Position numbers and translations under genes: made by a program. The notes beneath the pieces were generated by a model. The model saw only the letters and a list, made by a program, of their open reading frames with translations. It was not told where the DNA came from and did no database searches. Of a stretch of 64,000 nt of DNA, positions 26,158-34,836 are shown piece after piece (the stretch's first letter is position 1; each line of letters starts with the position of its first letter). Source of the DNA: Candidatus Cloacimonadales bacterium (GTDB lineage Bacteria > Cloacimonadota > Cloacimonadia > Cloacimonadales > DAONDQ01); NCBI GenBank assembly GCA_963662275.1, contig OY759316.1:2406177-2470176 (forward strand), in the 5' to 3' direction.

Positions 26158-28182
26158 TTACATCTCCAGATATTTAAACACAAATGACCAGACATCAGCA
26201 GTTAATTCCAATCTTTTAGTCATACTGCTTCCACCATGTGCAGATTCAATTTGTGTATAAAGAAGGAGAGGTAAATCCTGGTTTGCATGTTCCTGCAGAG
26301 TAGCAGCAAATTTGAAAGAATGTCCAGGAATCACACGATCATCATGATCGGCAGTAACAACCATAGTAGCAGGATATTTCACATCATCCCTAACATTATG
26401 AAGAGGTGAGTATTTGAGAAGATTGTGGAAATGTGCTTCTTCATCTGGATTTCCATATTCAACCATCCAACCCCAACCGCAGGTAAATTTGTGATATCTG
26501 AGCATATCCAGGACTCCCATCATGGGGAATGCTACTTTGAATAATTCGGGTCTCTGGAGCATACAGGCACCTACTAATAGACCTCCATTGGATCCGCCGG
26601 AAATGGCTATTTTATTTGGATTCGTGTAGCCTTCACTGATCAGATATTCTGCTGCACTAATAAAATCATCAAAAACATTTTACTTTTTAAACAGCATTCC
26701 CTGTTCATGCCAGGTTTCACCGTATTCTCCCCCACCCCGAAGATTGGCAACCACATAAATACCACCTTTCTCTAAATATAGGATGCGATCTTCACTAAAA
26801 TAGGGCAACATAGATACATTAAATCCGCCATATCCATATAAATAAACCGGATTATTCTTATTCTTTTCCATCCCCCGTTTATAGATAAGGGTCATAGGAA
26901 TATGAGTACCATCCTTTGAAGGAAAATAGATCTGTTCTGAAACAATGTCCTTCACATCAGCTTTTATTGGATAGGTATAATAAAAATCGAGTTTGTTATT
27001 TGGAATATCGTAGTGATACATTTCATCAGGACGAATATAGGAAGAGAAATACATAAATCCTTCCCTATCTTCCTTTTTTGCATAAACAATTTGAGCAGTC
27101 CCCTGGTAGGGCATTTTGATTTCATTCAGGAACTTGCCGTTTAAATCCAGCACTTCAATATGTGATTGTACATCCTTTATGAAAAAAGCAATGATCTTTT
27201 CACCTACAATTTCTACTGTATCCAATAAGTAATCTCTCTCAGGAATAACTTCAATCCAGTTATGTTCCTCCGGATTGGTTAAATTGACCATGAAAAGTTT
27301 ATAATTCTTCGCATTCTTGTTTGTGAAGAGGTAAAAGTTGTCTTTTTCATAAGCATCTATGATACCGGCATTATATTCAAAACCTTCAAATATGCATTGA
27401 ATTTCTGAATTATCGTCTTCCAGGTTCTTATAACTTAAACTGTTTCCCTGGGTTCCTTCTGATGTATGAATAATCAGATACTTTTCATCATCAGAAACAT
27501 GAGCGAAATTGTATCTTAATGGATGTTCGAGATCTTCGAAGATAAGAGTATCATTTTCTTTTACATCCCCTAATTTATGATAATAGATTTTCTGATTCTT
27601 ATTCTGCTTCTGGTAGTCTTCATCTTCATCATAACGACTATAAAAATACCCGCTTTTATACCAGGCTGCACCAGTTTGACGAATATTGAGAAGCTTGTCT
27701 TCATGGAATGTTTTTGTTTCAGTTTCCATAATCCAAAACTCACCGGCATCTGCACCAGCCTTGGATATCATATAGACAAAATACTGATTATCTTTGGAAC
27801 GTCCAACGACTTGAGCTGTTGTTGTGCCATCATCTGATAAAGTATTGGGATCAAAAAACAACTCAGCTTCACTGTCCAGCGTTCTTTTACGATAAGTCAC
27901 ATATTGGTTCTGCAAACCATCGTTCTTGGCAAAATAATACCAGTTTCCTCTTTTCAAAGGACAGCCTTGTCTTTCATAATCATAGAGTTCTTTAAATCTG
28001 TTCAAAATACTCTTTCTATCTGGATACTCATTCAGCATTGATTCCGTTAAGGCTTGCTGTTCCAGTACCCAAGCTTGTGTTTCTTCTGAATGATCATCTT
28101 CCAGCCAACGATAGGGATCGCTTATTTTAACACCAAAGATTTCTTCTGTGATTGATTCTTTTCTGGTGGATGGGTATTGCAT
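26158..28182 (-). pseudogene. Prolyl oligopeptidase (S9A) interrupted by a single in-frame TAA
   Basis: ORFs 26680..28182 and 26158..26562 are in the same frame. Reading through gives ...[57 protein letters not shown]..., which contains the catalytic GGSNGG. The stop at 26680-26682 sits where the family has Gln (KQNxFDDF). Confidence 0.8.
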
Positions 28183-28341
28183 GTTTTCTCCTCAATATTC
28201 AATGTACAAATTTCTGAATTAGTTACGGTATCTAGTGAGACATTGTCAAGCAGCTTTATCATTTTTTAATGGATACACTCCTTTTCCAGAAAAATCTTCC
28301 CTGTAAATTATCAGATTTATTGGAATTGGGAGATAACTCGC

Positions 28342-28372
28342 AAAAAAAGAGGGATAGATTAATCTATCCCTC
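28342..28372 (-). terminator. Rho-independent terminator of 28435..30549
   Basis: The minus strand reads GAGGGATAGAT-TA-ATCTATCCCTC. This is a perfect 11-bp stem followed by TTTTTTT. Confidence 0.75.
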
Positions 28373-28434
28373 GTAAACTGAAGTTATTTACAAATGATCA
28401 TTTTGTGGTCAAAACTAGCATAATATCAGGATTA

Positions 28435-30549
28435 CTATTTTACTAAGACGATCTTCTTTGTAGAATCGAACTTACCAGCAATCATGCGATAGAAATATAC
28501 TCCACTTCCAACCGGGTTTCCATTTTCATCAGAACCATTCCATACTAAATGATGGTGTCCTGCATACAAGTCTTGAGAAGTTAAGGTCATTATTTTCTGA
28601 CCTTTTACATTATAAATCGTAATATTCACAAAACTTTCTGTCTGGAGATCAAACGAGATATTTGTTTCCGGATTGAATGGATTCGGATAAGCATTATTCA
28701 ATTGGATAGCTTCTACGGGAATAACGGGAAGAGTACCCGGATCACCCTGTTCAAGAACATTCACTAACACTGGACCTCTAAATGTACTGGTTCCATTGTA
28801 ATCTACATTTTCCAACCAGTAATAGTATGTTCTAGAAGCTTCTATATTGTTATCATCATTAAAATTATACGTGTGATTTGAAGATGTATTCGTTCCCTGG
28901 ATAAGATGAGCATTTTGGTTGATGGCAGTAGCTAAACTCTCATTGTTTGAGCGTAGTATATTAAATCCAAGATTATTTGTCTCAGATTCCGTTACCCATT
29001 GTAAGTTTACTAATAATTGTGTGGTTGACGATGTAGCTGTGAAGGATGATAATTCGACCGGAAGATCGTAATCGGAACTCAGAATTAATTCAAAGGTCGC
29101 TTCGCCATTTGTCTCGAATCCTGGGATAGTTCTAATGGTTAATATTCCATTTGAATAGGAGGAACCTGTAAAAGGAGCCATTCCTAATGTGTAATTGTTT
29201 GATGATTGTCCGGTAGAACCCCCATTGAAAGCATAGCCTTGAGTAGGAACATAACCTGTATCCGGATGATTGACGGGATAAAAACCATTGTTGCTTCCCC
29301 CCCAATGAATTGCTACATACTTATAATTCAAGCTTGGATCATATGCAAAACTAATGGTTCCACCATTTAATATACTGCTGTCACTTACCCATGCCTGATA
29401 GACTGTAACAACATTTTGATAACCATGATAAGTAAAAACACTTCCAGTTGAAGGTGTGTATTCAGTGAAAACAATAACACCTCCATTTGAAACAGGTCCG
29501 GCGATTCCTGTAACAGCCACACTTCCAGTATTCGGAACAGAGATTGGACAACTAGCAGAATTGTCCATAATGAGAGTACTTCTGGCAGGACCACCACCCT
29601 CAGTGTAAACAGGATTTGTGTAATCGAATTCGTACGTACCTGATTCTGATATAATCATAGTCGAAGGTGTGACTTGAGTTTCAATATCCATGACTCCAAA
29701 AACATAGGAACCACAGGGTAAAGTAAATACGTGCTCAGTTGTGAAACCTGTATTAACTCCATCAATGTATATTTGCACTCCTGGAACATTAGATTTAACT
29801 AGTACTTCGATCATTGGAACAATAACTTCACCGCTAACAACTTTGCTAGTTGGAGCAACTGATGTACTGGTAAAGGAGATATTACCGTCAAATATGCCTT
29901 GGGTCTCACCTGTTAAACGGACAAATACATCACCATTGAAAGTTGGAGGAAGAGAGAGTGAAGATGTCCATGTACCTTCGCTGCTTGTAGAATATTCATA
30001 TCCATTTACAGCAGCGATATTGATATTCGAAATTAGATGTGATCCAGACACAACAACAGATTGGGGCGCTGAGGGTGTTCCAATATCGGTGGAAAAAGGA
30101 CTGAATGATCCTGTTACGTTTAGGACAGGTGTATTTACTGTACCGATAACTGCCCTATCAACTTCAGTTGCGTACATACTTGTAAATGCAACATTACCGT
30201 TATATGAACCTGCTGTTTCACCTGTCAGACGTACATACACTCTACCATTATAGGTTGTAGGAAGAGACAATGAAGAAGTCCACTGACCACCACCGGTTGT
30301 TGAATATTCAAACCCAGCAACAGCTCCAACATGGATACCTTCATACATATACGATCCTGAAACCTCGACAGATTGAACAGCAGAAGGTGTACCGACAATA
30401 GTTGAAAATGGGGTAAACGAACCGTTTACATTGATTACTGGTAAACGGACCATGTCACTGATTTGGGGTACAGCATCGATTGGATTAGAAGCTGATACTG
30501 TAACTGCCAATGAGAGATATAGTATTACAAAAAAAACAAATCTTTTCAT
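28435..30549 (-). CDS. Secreted protein with two tandem ~105-aa Ig-like repeats, a PEGA-like segment, the pre-CTD module and a T9SS-type sorting domain
   Basis: 704 aa with a signal peptide. Repeats are VINVNGSFTPFSTIVGTPSAVQSVEVSG... and VLNVTGSFSPFSTDIGTPSAPQSVVVSG.... The PEGA-like segment is SNVPGVQIYIDGVNTGFTTEH. It carries LPVELSSFTA..SETNNLGFNILR. The CTD is YPNPFNPETNISF..IYNVKGQKI..SGVYFYRMIAGKFDSTKKIVLVK. Confidence 0.8.
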   Translation of the reverse strand: MKRFVFFVILYLSLAVTVSASNPIDAVPQISDMVRLPVINVNGSFTPFSTIVGTPSAVQSVEVSGSYMYEGIHVGAVAGFEYSTTGGGQWTSSLSLPTTYNGRVYVRLTGETAGSYNGNVAFTSMYATEVDRAVIGTVNTPVLNVTGSFSPFSTDIGTPSAPQSVVVSGSHLISNINIAAVNGYEYSTSSEGTWTSSLSLPPTFNGDVFVRLTGETQGIFDGNISFTSTSVAPTSKVVSGEVIVPMIEVLVKSNVPGVQIYIDGVNTGFTTEHVFTLPCGSYVFGVMDIETQVTPSTMIISESGTYEFDYTNPVYTEGGGPARSTLIMDNSASCPISVPNTGSVAVTGIAGPVSNGGVIVFTEYTPSTGSVFTYHGYQNVVTVYQAWVSDSSILNGGTISFAYDPSLNYKYVAIHWGGSNNGFYPVNHPDTGYVPTQGYAFNGGSTGQSSNNYTLGMAPFTGSSYSNGILTIRTIPGFETNGEATFELILSSDYDLPVELSSFTATSSTTQLLVNLQWVTESETNNLGFNILRSNNESLATAINQNAHLIQGTNTSSNHTYNFNDDNNIEASRTYYYWLENVDYNGTSTFRGPVLVNVLEQGDPGTLPVIPVEAIQLNNAYPNPFNPETNISFDLQTESFVNITIYNVKGQKIMTLTSQDLYAGHHHLVWNGSDENGNPVGSGVYFYRMIAGKFDSTKKIVLVK

Positions 30550-30694
30550 TATAACTCCATATTATTTATTAGTTTTGGTGTCGTTAATTTTATAGTTTCG
30601 TACACAATATATATACTACGACACGCAGTGTCTAAAACTATATTACTACATTTATGTCAATATATTTAATGTTAATCTAATTCATGTAATAAAG

Positions 30695-32555
30695 GAGACT
30701 GTTCAAAATTAACCTCCATTTTACGCAGCCTTATTGGTAGTGACAGAGAAAAAGTGGTCTAAGTGCGACCAATCCACATTTTCTTGACATATGCGGGAGA
30801 TATTTAAACTTGCTAAAAGTGATTCCTGACGCATGATTGGTTGACCTTTATCGACCAGTTCTTTGAACCAAAGCGAAAACACAAGGTTGCGGGTGGTTTC
30901 TTCAGATTTTAGTCCAAATCTACCGGATGTCACCTTCTTGATTTTGCGGTTCCAGCGTTCAGAGACATTGGAAGTCAAACCTTTGCTGAGGTGTCTCCAA
31001 TCACTAATGATATTGCTTTTGATGTATTCGGCGGCGGTTGGGGGAGTAATAGCTGTCAGGCTTGCGATACCCTTTTTCCTTCCGCCCGCCGTTTCTCTTC
31101 GGAAAGCTTTCATAATCCTCTTCTTAAAGAACTTGTCCCTGTCTTCAGGGAGATGACATTGACTGATTCTTTTGAAGAGATTTCGTATCTTATGGAACTT
31201 ACAGAGTTGGTAATGGACTTTTGGAAACACTGTTTTTCTTGCAACTGCTAACGATTTACTGCCATCACTGACAATCAGGGTTGGATCTTTCCTGTAGAGC
31301 TGTCTGAAGGTTCTGAAACATGCTTCGAATGATTCTTTCTTTGTGTCAGGATACAACTCACAAAACAGAGGGATGTGAGTCACAAAATCAACAATACTGA
31401 TGACATAGTACGGAATACCTTTGATCTTCACATATTTCTCATCAATGCTGATCTTTCCGCTCCACTTACCGATTGAGTTCAGAATCAGGCTCTGCAGGTC
31501 AGCGATTTCATGCCAGAGATTTGAGACTGTAGCTTTACAGGTGTTGAGCAGCAAAGCTATCGTCTCGAAGTTCATACCGCTTCCAACCAGGTAATGTACC
31601 AGCAGACACAGGTTCTTGCGTTCCAGACTATGGAACGGCTTTGCATCGGCGGTTCTATGGGATGTATTGCCTTTAGCAGTCTTCATTTGTTCCAGGAGTC
31701 TGTCACAGATAACAGGTGTATTCTGCTGACCGGCAAGCAGTTTCAGCAGATGTACAGCATCACCGCCTACTGTCTTTTTCAGAAGAAGCTTCTGAGCTTG
31801 CTTAACTACAGACAGAGAATTGACCTGAGAAGCATATTTGCAGAAAGTGGTATAGGACATTTTAAAATCATGATGGCTGATGAACTCCTGATACATGACA
31901 TTTAAAGGTAAAAGCAGGTTATTGATAACAAAATTCTCGATCTGAGGAATACACTCCAGCAGGTCAACTTTCCGGCTTAAATATGCCAGGATATCATGAC
32001 CATGCTGCTCAAACTCTTGCCAGAAATTATGTACATTCCTGCGGTCTGCGTAGTTAAACAGATCAGCTATTTGCTGAAGTGTAAGGAGGTTGTCTCCGCC
32101 TATTCCTACTAATAAGCGTAGAAACGCTATTAAGAACTTGTGGTTTGATGTTGTCTCAGGCAAAGTGAATGAAAATGGTACGTTAATACTTACATGGTAT
32201 TGGTTACTTTCATGACTAACACTTACCGCTTCTTGAATTGGAGTGTTTTTTTGTCATAATATCCTCCCTTTTGTTACCAGGTAACAAATGCCATTGAAGC
32301 TATAGCAAAAAACTTGTAAAGAACTATTTTATATGATTTTAACTACACATTTAGTCAGAAACGGCTTCGAAACATTACTTATAATCGCGTGTTTTTCAAT
32401 TTTAGTCAAAAAGCTTAACTTGTGATTTGGTGTCCTTAGCAGAGCTTATCTGTCAATTCTGGAAGGTATGTTAAATTATGACCGTTTCGACCACTTTTTT
32501 CAACTTGCTACTTTCTAACTTATTGAATATTATGAATAACTTCATGAACAGTCTC
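30695..32555 (-). mobile_element. 1861-bp insertion sequence, copy A (IS6/IS26-like features), with 8-bp target duplication TAATAAAG
   Basis: The termini are GAGACTGTTCA (an 11-bp perfect inverted repeat). TAATAAAG occurs at 30687-30694 and at 32556-32563. Copy A matches copy B, except for a T at 30803 where the equivalent strand of copy B has G at 51913. Confidence 0.9.
30721..32163 (-). CDS. DDE transposase of IS copy A
   Basis: The 480-aa ORF as called begins at a TTG. D/D/E-type blocks are ISIDEKYVKIKGIPYYVISIVD, LIVSDGSKSLAVA and TSNVSERWNRKIKK. The N-terminal part is HTH-like (LTLQQIADLFNYADRRNVHNFW). Confidence 0.8.
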   Translation of the reverse strand: MPETTSNHKFLIAFLRLLVGIGGDNLLTLQQIADLFNYADRRNVHNFWQEFEQHGHDILAYLSRKVDLLECIPQIENFVINNLLLPLNVMYQEFISHHDFKMSYTTFCKYASQVNSLSVVKQAQKLLLKKTVGGDAVHLLKLLAGQQNTPVICDRLLEQMKTAKGNTSHRTADAKPFHSLERKNLCLLVHYLVGSGMNFETIALLLNTCKATVSNLWHEIADLQSLILNSIGKWSGKISIDEKYVKIKGIPYYVISIVDFVTHIPLFCELYPDTKKESFEACFRTFRQLYRKDPTLIVSDGSKSLAVARKTVFPKVHYQLCKFHKIRNLFKRISQCHLPEDRDKFFKKRIMKAFRRETAGGRKKGIASLTAITPPTAAEYIKSNIISDWRHLSKGLTSNVSERWNRKIKKVTSGRFGLKSEETTRNLVFSLWFKELVDKGQPIMRQESLLASLNISRICQENVDWSHLDHFFSVTTNKAA

Positions 32556-32631
32556 TAATAAAGTATGAGTATATTATATCAGCGCATTCAGTCGAACAAC
32601 GGGGTCAATCCTGACACTCTGTGGAAATTAC

Positions 32632-32765
32632 ATGAAAGCTAAGTATCTGGAGTTCATTTGCCCTAGATAAATTTCTATGAAAAAGTAGCCAAAAGGGCAA
32701 GTGGACTTCATGATACGACCTTTCATCCTCGGTAGCGAAAATCCTTTTCAGGGAAGTTCAAACCG
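32632..32765 (+). repeat. Intergenic repeat family F, copy b
   Basis: It starts ATGAAAGCTAAGTATCTGGAGTTCATTTGCCC, has a stem (32649-32663 with 32695-32709), and ends TCGGTAGCGAAAATCCTTTTCAGGGAAGTTCA. Confidence 0.8.
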
Positions 32766-32801
32766 TCAAACAAATAGCACATTAACGGCTCTTAATAGAT
32801 T

Positions 32802-32842
32802 ACCGAGACATGACCGAGACATGACCGAGACATGACCGAGAC
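32802..32842. repeat. 11-bp tandem repeat x3.7 (ACCGAGACATG)
   Basis: Units start at 32802, 32813 and 32824, with a partial unit at 32835-32842. Confidence 0.9.
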
Positions 32843-32960
32843 TTCTTTCGATAATGGCTTCGTTATGGTTCGTTCATTATTCCCTTCAATTTCCCTGATT
32901 TTTCAAGAGCCACTTTGGTGGATTAAGCGGTGAATTTATGAGTTCTATAAGCTACAATCA

Positions 32961-33404
32961 CTACGATACCCTGGTAAACACCGTAGTCTTCCCTAATAGT
33001 TTCACACCGAAATATATACGCAGTTCCAGTTCATTATGGTTCAGGAGTGTTGCTGAACATCGGTAGGTCTGTCCATTTGTTGGATAATACAGAATGCCGT
33101 TTTCGAACTTATTATCGCCTTGAAAAGTAAGCCCTGAAAGAGCTACAACATTGACCCGAGTACGATTACGAAACTTGGGATTAGGATGGTAGTTATCCAG
33201 CAAAGGCTTTCCTTCAGGATTCGTATTATTCTTCAGCCAGATGATTTTTCCATAATAGATACTTCCCACACGGTAAACCTGAACTTTCGCATCTTTCGCA
33301 TCCGTGAGCCAAACACCATTGATCTGATCAGGCACATATGTGTTACTTTCAATCGCAAAACACAATTGAGACAAAATAAATATTAGAATGAGCATAAACC
33401 TCAT
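32961..33404 (-). CDS. DUF2147-like exported protein
   Basis: 147 aa with a signal peptide (MRFMLILIFILSQLCFA). The GVWLTD..AKVQVY..YYGKIIWLK...LLD..NP....R block and the C-terminal L.LR.Y.G pattern are as I recall for DUF2147. Confidence 0.55.
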   Translation of the reverse strand: MRFMLILIFILSQLCFAIESNTYVPDQINGVWLTDAKDAKVQVYRVGSIYYGKIIWLKNNTNPEGKPLLDNYHPNPKFRNRTRVNVVALSGLTFQGDNKFENGILYYPTNGQTYRCSATLLNHNELELRIYFGVKLLGKTTVFTRVS

Positions 33405-33797
33405 ACATTCTCCATATTATTTATATTCTAGTATTTCTATTATATTTATTAGCAAGCAAATTTCATAAATGGACAACTTCCAAAAACAGATAACATGGTC
33501 AAGTAGTAATCATTGTAATTATCAATCTGCCTAACATATGGTACTTAACTCTCGAATTCGAATTAGATAATTACAGGCAAAAACTGATTTGTTTGAAAAT
33601 AATATGCTAGATTCCTTTAACATAATCTATAATAATAGCTGTTTACTCTTAGTTGTTGTTCTGACAGGAAAACGAATTAATATATATCATATGGGATTGA
33701 GAAAGCGCATATCAAGATCAATTCTCATGAACGCATTTGTATAAATTATATGTGATGTATCGTAGAAGATAGAATAATAGAAATTAGGAGTTAGAAA

Positions 33798-34451
33798 ATG
33801 AAACCATCTTTTGTAAAAATGATAAAAAGTAATTCGGGACTATGGCTTTTTGTATCCTTAACAATCCTGTTGTTGAGTATTCCCCTTTATGCAGTCCAGA
33901 ATACTACTTTACAGAATAGTATATCCGTGAATAATCTCCAGGCTGCCTATGCCAAAGAATTAAATGCACATACTTCATATCTTTTATATGCTCAAAAAGC
34001 TGATTCTGAAGGCTACGGAAAGCTGGCAGAACTCTTTCGTGTTCTGGCAAAATCAGAAAAAGTTCATGTAGAAAGATATGCCGGTATTTTGATTGATCTT
34101 GATATTACTCCAGTTGCAAATGATTCTGTAGTTGTTGTCCTGACGACCAAAGAAAATCTGCGACAGGCAATTGAGGAAGAAAATTATGAAAACACTGTTC
34201 TTTATCCCAGTTTTGCACAGCAAGCAAGAAAAGACAAAATAAAATTTGCAAAAGCGGCATTTAGAGCTACCGGTGATGTTGAAGGTGTTCACGCTGTGCT
34301 TCTCAAACAAGCACAGAATAACACAAAAAAATGGAAGAATCAAAATGTAACGTATTATGTCTGCCAAGTCTGTGGAGATGTATCCAAGTACAGACCAATG
34401 TTGTGTTCCGTCTGTTTATCCGCGGCAAAGAATATCAAGAAAGTGGACTGA
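33798..34451 (+). CDS. Rubrerythrin-family diiron protein with N-terminal signal/TM segment and C-terminal rubredoxin-like Cys4
   Basis: 217 aa. Ferritin-like helices carry E..E..H ligand spacing (AKSEKVHVERY, EEENYENTVLY, DVEGVHAVLL). The C-terminus is CQVCG...CSVC. The N-terminus LWLFVSLTILLLSIPLYA is hydrophobic. Confidence 0.7.
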   Translation: MKPSFVKMIKSNSGLWLFVSLTILLLSIPLYAVQNTTLQNSISVNNLQAAYAKELNAHTSYLLYAQKADSEGYGKLAELFRVLAKSEKVHVERYAGILIDLDITPVANDSVVVVLTTKENLRQAIEEENYENTVLYPSFAQQARKDKIKFAKAAFRATGDVEGVHAVLLKQAQNNTKKWKNQNVTYYVCQVCGDVSKYRPMLCSVCLSAAKNIKKVD

Positions 34452-34836
34452 TTCCAAGCGTATAATGAGCATTAATTCTTTTTATTAATACCTGTTTTTC
34501 TTAATATTATTTGCAACGCCTATTATCAAGTAATAAAAAAATATCTTGACTTGATTTGTAATAGAATTTAGAAATGATTTATAAAAATAATTAACGCTGA
34601 AAGAGGTAATACTAAGTAATCTTGCTCCCCCACAACATACAATTTATTCACGCTATTTTTAATTGAAATTCATAGTCCATCCATGTTTGATTTATAGGAG
34701 GAATACTGTTCCTGTTGGGTTATTGCCAGATTACTTCTCCAGGACAAAGAGATAATTACGTGCAAGATTTTTTCCAATTCACAGCGAATGTTTGCTGTTG
34801 GATTAGCACTATAACAAGATGCGATGAGGAGAAAAA

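Noticed and set aside
26680-26682. The in-frame TAA in the prolyl oligopeptidase might reflect stop-codon reassignment (TAA = Gln).
   Set aside because: TAA is the terminator of many well-supported genes here (for example 4812..6398, 9186..11684 and 12138..15473). A point nonsense mutation or a base-call error is far more likely.
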